Origin: Eledone cirrhosa | Taxonomy: Eukaryota | Direction of reading: 5' to 3' | DNA length: 64,000 nucleotides | NCBI GenBank assembly: GCA_964016885.1 | Contig: OZ024756.1 | Span: 40,796,001-40,860,000, forward strand | Shown: one piece after another, positions 62,222-64,000 of the stretch | Position numbering within the stretch: the stretch's first letter is position 1 | Layout: the number at the start of each line of letters is the position of its first letter | Position numbers and translations under genes: made by a program | Notes under the pieces: model-generated | What the model saw: the letters and a program-made list of their open reading frames with translations, nothing else | Databases searched by the model: none | Told to the model about the DNA's origin: nothing

Positions 62222-64000
62222 CTGAGAATTCATATAAAAGAAGAAAGAAAAAACATGCAACAAGCCATTAGTAAAGGTGTTAGGTAAATTTTCACCAACA
62301 AATCATTAAAAGAATATTTTTTTTCATATATAAAAATAATGAAAAACCACCCAAAAGAAAACGAGATAAAACTTTAAAAAATAAGTACTGGGGTCAACAC
62401 AATCGACTAAATCCTTCATGGCCACCAACTAATGATTGAAAACCTGTAGAAATAGAAACTTTAAAATATATCTGAAAGAGATAATGAAAGTTGGAAGTTA
62501 AATATTTCTTGGTGAAATTGTAACAGTTTCTTTCTTCTTTTACAATTTCTGTATCTGTAAATTATGGGGTAAAACTATGGAATGGACGTCAGTTGTTGAA
62601 AACCCTGGCACTGCTATTGTATCATTGTCTGGTGAGCAGCTATTTAACTCAAATTATTCTTGTTTTGATATCAAACCACCTGAAACTGCTCCTGGTTCTA
62701 TGATATGAAAATATTTATTTTGAATTGGTTATATTTATTTAATAACTTTGCAATATAGTTTCATATAAGAAATGTAGTTATTTTCCAAACACCAGCTTAA
62801 TTATGAACTAGTTAACTATTTTACTAAATCCCTCCAATAATTTTACATGTTTTTCCATGCTTGCATGTAATTGGCAGGTATGTGTCTGTGAGTTTGGGTG
62901 AAACCCCAAATTTCTGACCAGAGTTTCGGTGGGTAAGGTTTGTGGACTACGTAGCAAGACAACAATTATGTTTTAAAACAACACGTGCAAGGTAAGTGAT
63001 TTTTATGTTTCCTCACCTACAGTAAGTACTGAGGTTGATATAATTAATTTTACCCTGGAAGTTTCTGTCCACATGATGACTGAAATCCATAAAAGAATTA
63101 AAGACTATATATATGGGTACAGAGTAGGTGTATATGTATCAATAGTAATTAGCATTAAACAGCCGGTTTCATCTGTTCATTTACTTAAAATATTACCAAA
63201 CAACTTACTGTGCACACTATATTAGCCACTCTCATATGAAAAACATTTGCTAACAATTGATTCCTATGAAGCTATTGATATTTATTTGAAAACAACCAAC
63301 ACTTGCCTTAGAACTAATTCAAAACAATAAAATATATGTTTAATTGCTCATATAATATTTCAAATATTTCTATTTCATTAAAATAAAAAATTATGAGCAT
63401 TTATTTATATAGACACATTTATAATTGTGGTATTTTGTGGGTTTTATTCTTAGTAATTGTTGCTATATTTATCTATTACCTTTATTCATCATTTCTATAG
63501 ATAGACAATTAATTTGAATATCTTTATGAAATGTTATTTTTTTCACTCCTCCATCGACTGACTGTGACTTCTCCATCCCACCACCTTCATTTAATAATAC
63601 AAGTTTATTCTAGTACAAACTATATAGTACAATATAACCCTGCAGTGAAAATGTAAGCTATTAATAAAATTTGACCACATGGTTAACTACAAGTTATGAA
63701 AATAGTCAAAGCTATTTTAATTATAAAAGAACAAAGAAATTATTGCCACAGTAGCCAGATGCTGAGCTGTAATAGTAACTGTAGGATATTGAAGATGAAA
63801 ATAATCCCACCCCACCTTTCTCCTCTTTAACCCCCACCCTACCATATCACACAGTTCATGTCCCCTTTTAGTAAAGTAATACTATCTATTTAAAGACTAG
63901 CTTCATATCTATATCACAGTATTTTCAAAACAAACACTCTCTTTCACCCTCATCACTACCTATCTTATCTCACTTCATACTTTTTACTAGTTACTTACAA

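Noticed and set aside
63005-63035. TAG|GTGAG possible recursive splice site on the minus strand
   Set aside because: Weak pyrimidine tract; expected by chance; no supporting evidence.

Overview
AT-rich, repeat-dense eukaryotic (metazoan) genomic DNA. The SINE families, TA/CA microsatellites and gene structure suggest a coleoid cephalopod such as Octopus, which is an inference. Two spliced minus-strand genes were reconstructed by hand. (1) A complete 11-exon cytosolic seryl-tRNA synthetase (ATG 13456 to TGA 3472, 1488 nt, 495 aa). (2) The 3' part of a large gene whose 5' end lies beyond the window. It has three neurogranin/PEP-19-like acidic-IQ calmodulin-binding motifs, followed by two giant (3.2 kb and 1.8 kb) in-frame exons of Ser/Thr-rich tandem repeats and an acidic terminal exon. 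The second giant exon arose from a recent tandem duplication whose breakpoint lies inside the exon and appears to be rescued by a former Gln (CAG) codon acting as a new phase-0 acceptor. Introns and intergenic DNA contain a DD37D (maT) element, a mellifera-type mariner, a Penelope-like RT remnant, at least three minimal hammerhead-ribozyme-like motifs, tRNA-derived SINEs, TTAA-flanked MITEs, long foldback hairpins and several minisatellites. There is no CRISPR array, rRNA or bona fide tRNA. Repeat-element boundaries are approximate and were read by eye.
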